64,000 bases of DNA, from assembly GCF_006345805.1 (NCBI RefSeq), contig NC_043005.1:3162001-3226000 (forward strand). The letters are read 5' to 3'. This DNA comes from Octopus sinensis. Lineage: Eukaryota. Positions within the stretch are counted from its first letter, which is position 1; every line of letters starts with the position of its first letter. Positions 50,601 through 64,000 of the stretch are shown piece by piece. The position numbers were made by a program, and so were the translations under genes. Below the pieces are notes generated by a model that saw only the letters and a list, made by a program, of their open reading frames with translations, was not told the DNA's origin and searched no databases.

Positions 50601-51500
50601 CCCTTCTCGAGAGCTTGTATTGCCTTTGGACTTAGCATCAGTCTAAAGAAAACAAAGATCATGTCCTCTCAGCTCCCAGGTCAACCTTATGTGGAACCTA
50701 ACATCTTCGTCCCGGGTACAAGATTAGACGTGGTTGACTCTCGTTCATCTACTTTTGCAGCACTCTCTCTAGAGATGGATCCCTTGATTCTGAAATAAAC
50801 CCGAGAATTGAAAAAAACCGGAAAACTATTTGGAAGGCTTGAAAATCGTATGTGGTCTGATAGAAGTATAGCTTAGTATCTACGAATCTTGCATTTTAAC
50901 GGTCCTCCAGTACTATTCTGAGACCTGGACTACATATCGGCACCACATCAAGGTTTTAGAAAGATTCCATCAGACTTGCCTAAAGAGAATACTAGACATC
51001 AAAATAGAAGTCTTTAACACCAGACACCATTGTTCATCAGTAAGCTAACACATCCAGTATTGAAATGATTCTCTTACGCAATCAGATACTTTGGGTTGGG
51101 CACCTTGCTAGGATGCAGGATGACAGATTGTCAAAGCAGTTGTTTTGCGGGGAGTTGCAACCTGGCAAACATCCGAGACATAAATCTAAGAAATGTTTTA
51201 GGGATGCTGTCAAAAGCAATCTTAAGGCTCTAAATGTGAAAGTTGAAGACTGGGAGCAGATGATGCAAGATCGATCGGTTTGGAAACAAACGATCTACAA
51301 TAGATGTAAAGCATTTGAAGCACGAAGAATTGAACAATCTATCTTGAAACGAGCACTTCGTAGACAGGACTTAATTACAATCCCAGGCACTTTTCTGCTT
51401 AAAAATATTTGTAAGATCTGCAGGACTTGCTTGTCATATAAGATCTCATGACAGCATTTATTAACTGAAGAGATGGCCTTCTGTAAAGAAGTTGCTACCA
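47660..51500 (+). mobile_element. RTE-clade LINE, near full length but pseudogenised
   Basis: ~600-bp 5' UTR; APE (LARYNIDIAAFSGTR, GYTFFW, GVGFAI); RT (GNYRGISLL, PETQCG, GVKQGD, LLYADD); RTE C-terminus LWVGHLARMQDDRLSKQLFCGEL; many stops and frameshifts. Confidence 0.92.
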
Positions 51501-52107
51501 TCATGTATGAATGTATGTATGTACGTACGTATGTGTGTATGTATGTATGTATGTATGTATGTATGTATGTATGTATGTATGTATGTATGCATGTATATAT
51601 GTACGTACGTATGTATGTATGTATGAATGTATGTATGTATGCATGTATATATGTACGTGTGTGTGTATGTATGTATGTATGTCTGTATGTATGTGTGTGT
51701 GTGCGTGTGTGTGCGTGTGTTTGTGTGTGTAAACAAGCCATCGCTTAACAACAGCCTATTTGTAACATCTGTCAGAAACAAATAATTGAGCTTATGTGAA
51801 AGGGAGCGTAACCGGTTTAAAGCCCAGTTATCAGAGCGTGACTATTACAACAGAGACTGCTGTTACGTGCAGGTGTGCCATTGTGTGTGTGTGTGTGTGT
51901 GTGTGTTATTGTTGTTGCACTGGACTCAGTACAACTGCACTGAATCCACCTCTCCAGCAAGAGATTTACTCAAAAACAAACAAACAAACCTTAAGCTATG
52001 TTTTTTACTGCATAATACAACTCCGGCCATGTTTCTGGCTGTCGTCTGCCGATCTTCATCATTCGGGTCTACACAAGAACTCACTTGTTCTTTTGCTTTT
52101 GTTGATT

Positions 52108-52471
52108 CACACAATGTCTCTTCTTCTTCTTCTTCTTCTTCTTCTTCTTCTTCTTCTTCTTCTTCTTCTTCTTCTCCCCCTCCTCCTCCCCCTCCTCTTT
52201 CTTATTCTCCTCTTCCTCCCCTCCTCTTTCTTATTCTCCTCCTCCTCTTCCTCCTTCGTATCCTGTCTTTTTTCTTTTTTCTTTCTACTTTTTCTTCTTT
52301 CTTCTTCCTCCGCAACCTCCCCCACCTTACCCCTCTTCCTCCTCGCCTCCTCCTCCCACCACCGCCTCTTCCTCACCGCCTCCTCCTCCTCCACCTCTGT
52401 CTCCCCTTCCTCTTTCTCTTTCCTCTCCGTCCTCTCTTCTTCTTTTTTTAAGTTATTTCCCTCGCTTCTTT

Positions 52472-52508
<37 letters not shown>

Positions 52509-52515
52509 TTCTCTT
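52108..52515. repeat. Polypyrimidine tract (TCT)n/(CCT)n/(TTTC)n, ~400 bp
   Basis: Direct reading. Confidence 0.95.
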
Positions 52516-52909
52516 CACCCTCTTTATGCAGTTCAACGATTTGATTTCCGGATAAATTTCCAGTCCTAACAGAATTACGCAACCTTCCAGTTGGACGTCG
52601 AACAACAAATCCATTTTTCTCATTCTTTGGAAACTATTTAGAAAATCTATTAATGAAATAAAAGATATTTCTAAGTCGCTTGTTTGGCAACGAACACTGA
52701 TCTGAGGTCATGAATTGTAACTAAAACATTTATTTGAAAATGTCATCATCATTTGAAGTCAAAGACTCTCCACATTCTTCTGTATCTGAGTCAATTGGAG
52801 TCATTTAGATGAATGAATACGTTCTCTGTTACTAAAAATATGGATGATCAAAAGAACCACGATTAGAAGCAGAATTTCTATTAACATTTTACAATATTTT
52901 AAACCTGGG

Positions 52910-53104
52910 TTAGCACGCCGTCTGAAATGCTTAGCGATATTTCGTCTGTCTTTACGTCCTGAGTTCAAATTCCACCGAGGTCGACTTTCATCCTTTCGGG
53001 GTCGATAAATTAAGTACCAGTTGCGTATTGGGGTCGATCTAATCGACTGCCCCCCCCCCCACCTCTCCGAAAATTTCGGGCCTTGTGCCTAGAGTAGAAG
53101 AGGA
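52910..53104 (+). mobile_element. SINE family A monomer, head truncated
   Basis: Family A motifs. Confidence 0.85.
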
Positions 53105-53371
53105 TATTTTACACCTGGATTTCCCTCCTATGTCTTAAAATATAATTAGACAAACAGAATGTATGGAAATGGCATGGACAGTATATGCATACCATCGCCA
53201 TCTATCATTCAAGTAACGAGTCATCGAGGAAGTTTGTACATGGCTACTTGACTTGCTAGAAATAGCTACAAATCGCCTGAATTTTCCATTACTATCACCT
53301 TTAAAAAATGAAAGAGAACTTAGATAAATTAATCGTAGGTATATAATGTCCTATATATATATATATATATA

Positions 53372-53704
53372 TGGCTCAGTGGTTAGAGCGTCGAGCTTAC
53401 GATCGTGAGGTTGTGAGCTCGAATCCCGGACCGGGCTGCGTGTTGTGTTCTTGAGCAAGGCACTTTATTTCACGTTGCTCCAGTTCACTCCGCTGTAGAA
53501 ATGAGTTGCGACGTCACTGGTGCCAAGCTGTATCGACCTTTGTCTTTCCCTTGGATAACACTGGTGGCGTGGAGAGGGGAGGCTGGTATGCATGGGCGAC
53601 TGCTGGTCTTCCATAAACAACCTTGCCCGGACTTGTGTCTAGGAGGGTAACTTTCTAGGTGCAATCCCATGGTCATTCATGACCGAAGGGGGTCTTTACC
53701 CTTT
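53372..53704 (+). mobile_element. tRNA-derived SINE family F, embedded in (TA)n
   Basis: TGGCTCAGTGG A-box, GCTCGAATCCC B-box, CTTGAGCAAGGCACTTT CORE-like segment; TA repeats on both sides. Confidence 0.85.
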
Positions 53705-53735
53705 ATATATATATATATATTATATATATATATAT

Positions 53736-53778
<43 letters not shown>

Positions 53779-54144
53779 CGGGATGTTTTGATTCTAGGTT
53801 CAAACAATAATCATTTCAAGAATTCAGTCTTGGAGTTTTCTGTTATGATTCTATTATATAAATGGCCGAATGAATCATTAGCTGTTAGTTGAAAGATAGA
53901 ATCGTCTGCAGTCTTCAAACAAGAAGAGAATGTGTAGCAGATTCTTTCGGAGGAATGTGAAAAATTCATTCTTCATAAGATATCTATTTTTGTTTGTTAG
54001 TGGGCGAGAGGTTCTCAATGGAGTCGACGATGTAGTTTCGCTTTCCATTTGGAAGCGTTTCAAATCCTTCATAAAAAGCCATGAATATCAACAACTCTAA
54101 CCAATATTCTCTCTTTAAAATTCCAGAACAAAATTAAACATATA

Positions 54145-54175
54145 CTAGCAGAATTACCCGGCGTTGCCCGTGTTA
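54145..54175 (-). mobile_element. Helitron-like 3' terminus (hairpin + CTAG|T); element extends rightwards, 5' end unresolved
   Basis: Reverse complement CGGGCAACGCCGGGTAATTCTGCTAGT; resembles the terminus at 19472-19506. Confidence 0.55.
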
Positions 54176-54871
54176 CATACAACTGAAGAATTAGACTTTT
54201 CTGTTATATTTTCTCTAATGAACTGGAATATCTATGTTTCGAATTTCATCAAAATTGCAGATGAGGGTTATTTCCCTCTTTACATCCCCCCCTCCAAAAT
54301 TGTAATCGTGCCACATCTATCCCATACTGCTAATTTTTATGCGCATATTCCAAAATTCCAGTCTTATTGAACCTGTTGAAAAGATTTTGCTCCTGAAACA
54401 TGGAGGTCATGGAGCTCTAAAATGTGAGAGTTAACGCCCCTATTGGGGATGGGCATCTTAATGTCAGCCAGAGAATTTGAACTGTTGAGAATCTTTTTAT
54501 CTTGGGTCTTATATCTATTGTTTGAATTTCTTTGAAATAGGAAATATATGTTCACTGTGTTTGTATAAGAGAGCAAAGCTACAGGAAACCAAAAGACGAA
54601 TGATCACAATAAGCAGTCAGTTATCCTACCCTAGTCGTAACCACTCCCAATGTAGCATTCCTCACCATCCAGGTGACAGGCACAGCGTAAGATGCATTAA
54701 GAATCTATAGCAATTGGAAGGGCGTGACCCAGCTGAATAAACATTAACAACTGTGGGACGTGAGGGCTAAGGAGAAATGAAAGTGTCGCCTCTGGAGTTT
54801 GCAAATGACCACTATACTGATACGTAACTAGGCAGAATACATTTACAATCTATAAATGTATATATATATAT

Positions 54872-54927
<56 letters not shown>

Positions 54928-54961
54928 TATATATATTATATATATATATATAGATAGATAT

Positions 54962-55263
54962 TACGTGATCACGTGACTGACCAGACAATCAGATGTTGCT
55001 ACACATCGCTGGTCACAATGCGTTCGCATTGTTTTAGCCTTCGAACTACGCCACCCCGCTAGCTAAGCGAGCAGGCCAACAGAAGAAAGAGTGAGAGAAA
55101 GAGTGGTGAAAGAGTACAGCAGGGATCACCACCCACTGCCGGAGCCTCGTGGAGCTTTTAGGTATTTTCGCTCAATAAACACACACAACGCCCGGTCTGG
55201 GAATCGAAACCACGATCCTCCGACCGCGAGTCCGCTGCCCTAACCACTGGGTCATTGCACCTC
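54962..55263 (-). mobile_element. tRNA-derived SINE family E, embedded in (TA)n
   Basis: TGACCCAGTGG A-box-like, GTTTCGATTCCC B-box, tRNA-like head; TA repeats on both sides. Confidence 0.85.
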
Positions 55264-55265
55264 AA

Positions 55266-55299
<34 letters not shown>

Positions 55300-55301
<2 letters not shown>

Positions 55302-55594
55302 TCACACACACACAGACATACAAAGATAAATTGATAGATACAACTAAGTGGGCAAACAAAAATATGAGACACAGCCTAGTGCGTTTTTTATGTTGATAAG
55401 CCTGGTACTTATTCTATTAGTTTGTTCTTGTGAAACCAGTAAGTTAAGTAGATGTAAATAAATGAACAGCAGTTGTGAAGCAGTGATGAGGGCGGAACAC
55501 AGAGACAAAGACACACACATACACTTACATATATACATACATATATATATACGATTGATTTGTTTCAGTTCCTGTCTACGAAATCCATATATAT
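55300..55594 (-). mobile_element. SINE family B variant, 3' part
   Basis: Homologous to 58420-58660 and to family B body. Confidence 0.65.
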
Positions 55595-58283
55595 TGTTGT
55601 TGGCATTCTTTTTGTCTCAGGAGACAATGGAGTTGCGCATAAAATAATCTAGTCCGGCTTTTACATTTCATGTCCAAATACATCTCCTGCTGTGGCTGTG
55701 TAGTCCTATCCTGGACAAACACTCCCTCTGGCAGGTGCCACAAATGTAGCGAAGACTTTGCCTGGCTGGTTGTAATGTCATACTTTCTTGTTGACGTCTT
55801 TTCTTGTCTTTCCATTTCTCCTCTCTCTCTATGTCACTTTTTGTGTTCCCTCTTTTACGGTACGTCGCCAATCTCCACGGTTGCTGACAACTGCTTCCCA
55901 GTTGGTAATATTGATGTTGCAGGCATTCATGTCCCTTTTGAAAACATCCTTGTATCGTAAGAACGGTCTTCCACAGACCTAATGCCCCTAGCAAGCTCTC
56001 CGTAGAGTATGTCCTTGGGGATTCTGCCATCTTCTATACGGCTAACATGTCCAAGCCATCTCATACGTCTTTGTGTGAGGAGTGCAAACATGCTTGGTAT
56101 TCCTGCTTGCTTGAGGACATCTTTGTTGGGGACATGATTCTGCCAATTGATGCCAAGGATTTTCCGGAGGCAGCGCAAGTGAAAGATATTTAGGCAACGC
56201 TCTTGGCGTGTGTATGACGTCCAAGTCTCACTTCCATACAGTAGAGTGCTAAGTACACATGCCTGGTAAATCTTCATTTTTGTGGTCTTGGTCAGCTTAT
56301 TGTTGTCCCATACCCGTTTGGATAGTTGGGCCATCGCAGCAGCTGCCTTACCAATGCGTATATTGAGCTCAGCATCAAGGGATAGGTTGTAGGTGACGGT
56401 AGAGCTAAGATAGGTAAACTTCACTACCTCCTGTAGTCTGTGGTCTCTAATATGTATGTTTGGGATGTCTGATGTAGCCTGACCCATGATGTTGGTTTTC
56501 TTGAGGCTGATAACTAAGCTTGCTCAAAACAGTTGATGAGCCTTCGTAGGGATTTTCCTGTGTGTGATACCAGAGCGGCATCATTAGCAAATAGCACCTC
56601 CTTGATCAGGACGCTTCTGATTTTGGTCTTGACAAGCAGACGCGAGAGATTGAACAGTTTCCCGTCACTTCTACTTTGCAGAAACACTCCATCATCTGAT
56701 GTCTGAAAGGCATGTGACAGCAGCAGCGAGAAGAAGATGCCAAATAATGTAGGAGCAAAGGCACAACCTTGCTTTACCCCGTATTTTATTTGGAAGGCGG
56801 CTGATGTTGAACCATTGTGCTGTATGATGCCTTGCATGTCATCATGGAAAGATTTGATGATCCTCAGCAGCTTTGGTGGACATCCGATCTTTTGGAGCAG
56901 GATGAAGAGGCCTTTTCTACTTACCAAGTCAAAGGCCTTTGTCAGATCAATGAAAGCCATATATAATGGCATTTTCTGCTCTCTGGACTTCTCCTGAAGT
57001 TGGCATATGGAGAATAGCATGTCAATAGTTGATCTGCTTCTAAAGCCACACTGCGATTCTGGATAAATTCGAGAAGCAAGCAGTTGTAGCCTGGACAGGA
57101 TAACGCGAGCAAAGGCCTTTCCAACAGTGCTTAGAAGAGATATTCCATGGTAATTGTTGCAATCACCACGGTCACCTTTGTTTTTGTAAAGCGTAATGAT
57201 GTTAGCATCTCGCATATCCTGTTCCCAGCACTGACACAGAAGCTCATGAAGGTGCCGAAGCAGGATAGTGTTTTTGCCGGTTTTGATGATCTCTTAGGGG
57301 ATGACGTCTTTTCCCGGAGCCTTGTTACTTGCTAGTGCATCAATAGCCTTAGTGATCTCTGCTATAGATGGCAGACTGTCAAGTTCACACATGACTGGCA
57401 AGATCTTGACACCCTCGATTGCAGCCTCAGCTACTGCGGTCTCCCGTGAGTAGAGATCCTGATAGTACTCCACCCATCTATCCATTTGCTTGCTTTGGTC
57501 CTTGATGAGATCTCCAGTAGTTGATTTGAGAGGAGCTAACTTGGTTGGGGATGGACCGAGGGCCTTCTTCAAACCGGCATACATCCCCTGGGTGGCGCCA
57601 CTGTCAGCAGCTGACTGGATACTCTGACAGATTTCTTGCCAATACATATTTTAACAGCGTCTGGCAGTCAGTTGGGTTTTATTTCTTGCCTTTCTGAGTT
57701 CTTCGAGTGACTTTATAGAAGAATCACTCTTGTATTGCATCAGAGCTGCGCGCTTTGCTTCGACAACTGGTTCCAGGTCTGAGAGCCCAGCACCGAACCA
57801 ATCTGGGTTTTACCTTTCTCTCATCCCGAAAGTATTTATTGATGTGATATACAAAGCTTCCCTGATATAATTCCACCTACTTTCAGCAGAGGAGGTTGGG
57901 CAGCTACTGAGGGCAACCTTGATAGAAAGAGCAAAACATTTTCGCAGTGTAGGGTCCGAGGTTCTGGCAGTGTTAATGCGTGGTCGGCCCATTTTCTTGG
58001 AGTGATGGACTTTTTTAGGCAGAATCCTCACCCTGCTTCTTATTAGTGAATGATGTATGTCACAATCCGCACTGTGGTAACTATGGGTCAGTTGAACAGA
58101 ATTCAGAAAGGGTCTTCGTATAATGATGAGATCCAGCTGATGCCAGTGGTGAGATCTTGTATGTCTTCAAGATTCCTTGTGGGATGTCTTGTTGGCAAAG
58201 AATGTGTTGGTAATGCACAGGTTATGGTATGTGCAAAATTCAAGTAGTCTCTGACCATTGTCATTCATGTTGCCAATACCAAA
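55595..58283 (-). mobile_element. RTE-clade LINE, 5'-truncated within APE, few disruptions
   Basis: NDNGQRLLEFC, KAPGKD, YHGISLLS, PESQCGFR, DLTKAFDLV, GVKQGC, LFANDAAL, FTYLSS, RMRWLGHV, terminal CGTCQRECLSRIGLHSH. Confidence 0.94.
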
Positions 58284-58345
58284 ACACATACACTTACATA
58301 CATATATATACGATTGATTTGTTTCAGTTCCTGTCTACGAAATCC

Positions 58346-58421
<76 letters not shown>

Positions 58422-58820
58422 GCACACACACAAAGATAAATTATAGATACAACTGAGTGGGCAAACAAAAATATGAGACACTGCGTAGTGCTTTTTTATA
58501 TTTTGATAAGCCTGATACTTATTCTATCAGTTTCTTCTTGTGAAACCAGTAAGTTATGGGGATGTAAATAAACTAACACCAGTTTTGAGGCAGTGATGTG
58601 GGAGAAACACAAAGACACACACATAGACTTACATATATACATACATATACATACAATTGATTTCCTTCAGTTTCTGTCTACAAAATCCACTGACAAGGCT
58701 TTGGTTGGTCTGAGACTATAGCAGTAGACACATGCCAAGTTACCTCACAGTGGGACTGAACTGAGGACCATGTGTTTTGGAACCAAGTTTGTTACCACAC
58801 AGCCACACCTGCACCTATGT
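58284..58820 (-). mobile_element. SINE family B variant including head; first ~70 bp form the right TSD
   Basis: CCACACAGCCACACCTGCACCTA head end; family B body. Confidence 0.7.
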
Positions 58821-59119
58821 ATGTGTGTGTGTGGGAGGAGGTGTGTATATATGTATGCATGTATATATGTGTATATATATGTGTACATATTACATGTACA
58901 TCTATATATATATACAACTAGACATACATGTATACATATACATGTATATCTATAGAAATACATCCATACACATACATGTATACATATACATCTATATATA
59001 TACATGTATATATATATGTATATGGATGTATATATATATATACAGTATTACGTGTTAAAAGTGAAACAAAAACATCTCTCTATCGTATGTATATGGATGT
59101 ATATATCATGCACACAACC

Positions 59120-60428
59120 CCCGTGCCCTGAAGAACATATCCAAGGCATCTCTCCATGTTATATGGATGGCTAATTCAAAATCATGGGTTACTGTGGTTG
59201 TTTTTGAAGATAGATTCTTCAGTTATTTTATCCCAGCAGCAGAGAAGTACTGTAAGGAGAAGGGGATTCCTTTTAATGTTTTACTTATCTTAGATAATGC
59301 TCCTGGCCACCCGTAAAACATTGTAGATTTTGATCCCAACGTTACCGTCGTATACCTGCCTCAAAACACCACGTCTCTTCTGCAGCCAAAGGATCAGGGA
59401 ATAATTGCTATCTTCAAGAGTTACTGTATGAAGTGTACGCTGCGGCAAGCAATAGCTGCAACTGATCTTGATGAGTCCATCACACTTCGTGACTTTTGGA
59501 AGAGATACAATATCTACAAGGCTGTACAGAACATAGCAGCAACATGGAATGATGTACAGAGCACAGCTATGAATGGCGTATGGAAGAAGTTATGCCCGCA
59601 ATTCGTGAATGATTTAAAGGGGCTTGATAATGTTGGAATCAACAAACGTTGGTGACTACGAGCAAAGAACTGGAAATGGATTTGGAAGAGGAAGATTTCA
59701 CAGGTTTATTTGTAAAAGACAAGCAGCCTCTGACGAACGAGGATTTGATGGAGCTTCACGAACAGCAAAATAAAGAAGAAGAGGAAGTCGAATCCAAGTC
59801 GCAGCATTTTACCATTAAGAAAATGCAGCAAGCATTTGCATATATCGAAAAGGTCTTTCCAAGTTCGAGGATATGGATCCAAATGCTTAACACTTTTCCA
59901 ATATTATAGGGGCTTGTCACGAAGCTTTTGTTCCTTATAATGTAATTCTTGAGGAAACGAAGAAGACAGGTCAAGGAACTCTCAACCGGTTTTTTTAAGC
60001 GCATAGAACAGTAAGAACAGCCAGAATCAGCTGTTGATGTTGACGATCTACAGCCATCTATATACGCGATGCAAACCACCAAATTGTATGTACTTATTGG
60101 TAAATTTAAAATCTTTTACTTTTTCAAAATAATAATAATTAGTGAATTTGTTTTTTAAGCTTAAAAAAGACTTTTATTTTACCATGTCTTTTGGCAAACC
60201 GCATTCATAAATAAAGCGCCCGGGTTTGTAAGCTTAAAATAGGTTTTCATTAACCATTTATTATTGAAAATGCATTGATAAATAAAGTGCAGAATTCGGA
60301 ATGGTTATTGTCGGTTTAGCCTAGAAGTAAGTAAATTTGGCTTAGCCTAGTCTAGCCTAGAGACAAGTTAATTCGACTTAAGTCGTGTCTCCTGGAACCA
60401 ATTAACGACATAGGGTGAGGTACGCCTG
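59120..60428 (+). mobile_element. Tigger/pogo-like DNA transposon, 5'-truncated
   Basis: PRALKN, WMANSKSWVT, LLILDNAPGHP, LPQNTTSLLQPKDQGII; right TIR GAGGTACGCCTG|TA (inverse CAGGCGTACCTC, Tigger1-like). Confidence 0.9.
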
Positions 60429-60894
60429 TATATATACATATATATATTACTCTAGCATTTAAAAAAATACATTGATACACCGAATACAAAGAAATACTTG
60501 TGGGGCAGTTTTTACCAGTTTTACTGTTTGTTTGTCTATATAACATTTTTTATGACATTTTAGAAGAATGGACAATGCCTCGAGCCTTGACAAACATTTG
60601 CAGAAGATGGCAGGTGAACGAAGTCACGTTCAGGTTTAATTCTTATTGGTTGATGTCTACAAAGAAAAAAAAGTGCGGAATCTTGAAAGAAAGATAAAAG
60701 TTCGGATGAAGAATTTACAGCCAGGTTTTGTGGTAGAATACAATGAGTAAGATGAAATTAAAGGAGATGGATGAATCAGGCGTACTTAATCTTTGTTGGG
60801 GTTTGCAGGCTCTTAGATTAAGGGACTCTGGTCTACCAGTGTGTTGGCGCTATACAAAACACATTTGAATTATGTTCAAGAATATATTGGCTTT

Positions 60895-61072
60895 AATTTT
60901 GGCACAAGACCAGCCGGTTCAGGGGTTAAGTCGATTCCATCAACCCCCAATACTCAACTGATACTTATTTTATCGACCCGAAAGGATGAAAGGTAAAGTC
61001 GGATTTAGACTCAGAACACAGAGCCGGAGGAAATGCTGCCAAGCATTCTATCCGGCATGGTAACGATTCTGT
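60895..61072 (-). mobile_element. SINE family A, diverged
   Basis: Family A motifs. Confidence 0.75.
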
Positions 61073-61357
61073 GAGATAAGCCCTTTCTGTACAGGAATAT
61101 ATTGCTGACAAACCTGGGACAGAACTTCCAGTTGTCTAAGTTTTATAAGTGGTCTGCGATGTGTAACAGCTTCTCTGCCCCCAGATTTGTGAGTAATGTG
61201 GAAGTACAGTTCTGCTTTGTATAACGCCAGCCGATATTCAGAACCGGAGAAAGTTCGCTCTTGAAGACCAAAATATTGAAATAAAGTGGTTTGGTTATCA
61301 ATCTTCGTTTCCATCTTTTTCTATTTCTCTCTCTTCTTTTTTCTTTTTCAATATTCC

Positions 61358-61453
<96 letters not shown>

Positions 61454-62144
61454 CGCGCGCGCGCGTGAATGTTTCGAAATGCTGGTGACTTATGTCGAGT
61501 CAGGAATGGCCACCATGCTAACATAAAGGACCAACAGCAGATAACACATCTATTTTCGAAGACGTCGCCGGTACTTTATCCCGATTTTTAGAAGACGACC
61601 GAATCAATGAAGGAACATTTTATGTATTCACATGACCTGCTAGAGATAGCAGCTAAACCTCCTTCAAATCCTTAGAAAAGTACCAAAGACACGCTCGATA
61701 ATATGATCCTAGATGCTATTATTAAAGCGGGAAGGTCATGGTTGTAATGACTGTGATCCTAGTTCTGTCTGATTGTGGTTGATCTTGGACAAAACAGCAA
61801 CAAGAGGTGGGGCGGGGACATATTTAATAATATCATATGAGGTAAACTATGTAAAGTCGGGGTAGTCAAGGTTGGAATGTCTTTGACCATGAGCCAACTC
61901 GGTCAAAGTTGACCTAAGACGATGTACTTTCACTTTGTGGTCACAAAATAAATATTGATATTATTCGCCAATGTCCAGGTGGACGTGTCCAATTGATACC
62001 CCGCCTCCGACCATTTTTCTCCAAAATCTATTCGTTCGATTCCTTCGATTTCAAGGCAAAAAACAAAATCACACACATAAAGCTTTTCAATATTTTTTCC
62101 ACATTTTTTGTTTCTATTGTTCTTTCGTAAATTATTATTATTGT

Positions 62145-62620
62145 TTTACATCTCCGAGCGCCCGGTCATGTTTACTCTGGTAGATTATGGAAGAGCGGAC
62201 AGCAGCCTGCTGTCAGAGATCTCATTGGGTCTCTTTCCGCACATTATAAGCTTTGATACTTGGGAGACATTCGACATCCAAGTACCAATCTGAAAATCCT
62301 AGCTGTCCCAAACAGAGCAGGTTTTAGGGTTTGCTCTGTTCTCATGTCAGTTCCGATTTTTTGGACATATTTCTGGAACTTAGTCGTTATTGCTCCGAGT
62401 ATCCATACAACTACTGGAATGACAGACACTCTCTCCATAGTCCACATTCTTGCAATTTCCTCTTTTATGCTTTTATGGGCCTCCCTTCATTATCAGTGGA
62501 TCTACTCCAAAAAGAACATTCCATGACAGCTGCATTCATCGTCTTAGTTTATTTAGTTCTAGCAACTGTATAATGACAACCGAGCCTGTGCTGCTCACCC
62601 ACAGGCCACCTTCTGGACGA
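62145..62620 (-). mobile_element. R4/Dong-like RLE LINE 3' end, further lineage
   Basis: WTMERVSVIPVVVWILGAI...ALFGTARIFRLVL; 3' end runs into (AAT)n. Confidence 0.75.
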
Positions 62621-62826
62621 AAGTCCCTATAACCTGTGGTCCCGTCCTCATTTATGCCATTGTTTGTGTTAATTCTCTTATTCATTAATCTCATGTAGAG
62701 GAAAGTATAGCTAATATGTCAAATCCACCAATATTTTATCAAGACACCATCTCTAGAGGGGTTTGTCTTAAAAAGTTCAAAAGGGCCCTTCTACTCGTAG
62801 AAGTTCAAGGGAGCTATCCTGCGCTG

Positions 62827-62879
<53 letters not shown>

Positions 62880-62881
<2 letters not shown>

Positions 62882-63272
62882 GACGGCGAGCTAGTAGAAT
62901 CGTTAGCACGCCGGACGAAATGCTTAGTGGTATTTCGTCTGCCGTTACGTTCTGAGTTCAAATTCCGGCCGAGGTCGACTTTGCCTTTCGGGGACGATTA
63001 AATAAGTACCAGTTATGCACTGGGTCGATATAATCGACTTAATCCGTTTGTCTGTCCTTGTTTGTCTCCTCTGTGTTTAGCCCCTTGTGGGTAGTAAAGA
63101 AATAGGTATTTCGTCTGCTGTTACATTCTGAGTTCAAATTCCGCCGAGGTCGACCTTGCCTTTCGCCCTTTTGGGGTTGATGAAATTAAGTACCAGTGAA
63201 ATACTGGTGTCGATGAAATCGACTAGTCCCCTCCCCACAAATTTCATGCCTTGTGCCTCCAGTAGAAAGGAT
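62880..63272 (+). mobile_element. SINE family A dimer flanked by (TTA)n
   Basis: Two body units; TTA repeats on both sides. Confidence 0.9.
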
Positions 63273-64000
63273 TATTATTATTATTGTTGTTGTTGGTTCT
63301 ACATTTAAAATTATGGAGATGACGATTTTCGGAAAAATCCAAATCAAACCATCAATTCTATCTTCTCCAAAATACCGATGCCAATTGCTGGCAATGATTT
63401 TCCTCTTTCCATTTGTGATCATAAACCAAAAGAATTCCCCGAAGAGCGAACAACAAAAACAGTCAGAAAGGACAGATTAAATTCTCTTTTTACAATCTTT
63501 TTTTATTGATTTATCAAATAAAAACAACAATAAAAATACAAAAGCATCAACAAAAATCTAAAAGAGGGGGTGAAATTATAAAAGATGATCATTTTTCGTT
63601 TGTTTTTTTCTTCGTTTTTTTTTTTTTTTTTTTTTTTTAGAAAAAAGAACAATTTGAATTAGCGCCCGGGGTTGTTCACTAGATTCGAATCTACACGCTC
63701 TCTGATGTAGTCAAGGTTACGATGACACTCACCATTCACCGGTGTATCTGTTTTTTCGGTTCCGTAAAACATATATAACGACAATACGTTTTATTGAGTT
63801 TTTTCATCGACTGAATTGGCGAAACGAAAAGAAACAAGGGCAGAAAAAAAATAACAACAACAGCCAAAAAACTATAATCTATAATGTCTGTTGTTTGTTT
63901 GCATCAGCAAAGATAAATTCATCGGGAAATGAAGAATTTGACATTTTTTTTCATTTATCTTTATTTATTTTGTTGTTGATTATTTTTCCAACAATGTCGA

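Noticed and set aside
52079-52107. Minus-strand GTGAGT donor next to a purine-rich ORF (52107-52394)
   Set aside because: The ORF is a translation of the (GAA)/(GGA) tract; a single donor motif is not enough evidence for an exon.
53372-53445. Possible tRNA genes at SINE heads (also 55190-55263)
   Set aside because: No complete acceptor stem or cloverleaf, and each continues into a SINE body.
54183-54230. CTGAAGA followed by a 6-bp stem (ATTAGA/TCTAAT) and GAAC
   Set aside because: No A15.1-U16.1 pair, no stem III and no stem I, so it is not a hammerhead.

Overview
AT-rich eukaryotic (metazoan) DNA packed with microsatellites and transposable elements. The SINE families and repeat landscape resemble what I recall of Octopus genomes (inference, not checked). 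I found no recognisable host protein-coding exon, tRNA, rRNA or CRISPR array, so this is probably a large intron or intergenic region. Most ORFs in the supplied track are microsatellite or antisense artefacts. Supported content: about 17 copies of a tRNA-headed SINE (family A, monomer to trimer) plus three other tRNA-derived SINE families; several lineages of restriction-like-endonuclease (R4/Dong-like) LINEs, mostly anchored in (TAA)n; RTE LINEs; a CR1-like LINE; a Helitron helicase relic; mariner, Tigger, hAT and foldback DNA elements; and a Penelope GIY-YIG relic. The most notable signal is eight hammerhead-ribozyme motifs in at least six apparently unrelated sequence contexts. Three have an intact CUGAAGA/GAAA/GUA core with paired stems and a palindromic, dimer-type stem III. 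Most sit in short elements next to microsatellites, suggesting a dispersed Penelope-pLTR/retrozyme-like RNA system. Other oddities: a 272-bp templated inverted duplication inside the CR1-like LINE, an RTE with a 70-80 bp target-site duplication, an RTE with three C-terminal C2H2-like fingers and a 5' inversion, a LINE chimera joined by a (GAA)n tract grown from a poly-Glu seed, a mariner with two left ends, and a 951-bp near-perfect tandem duplication.
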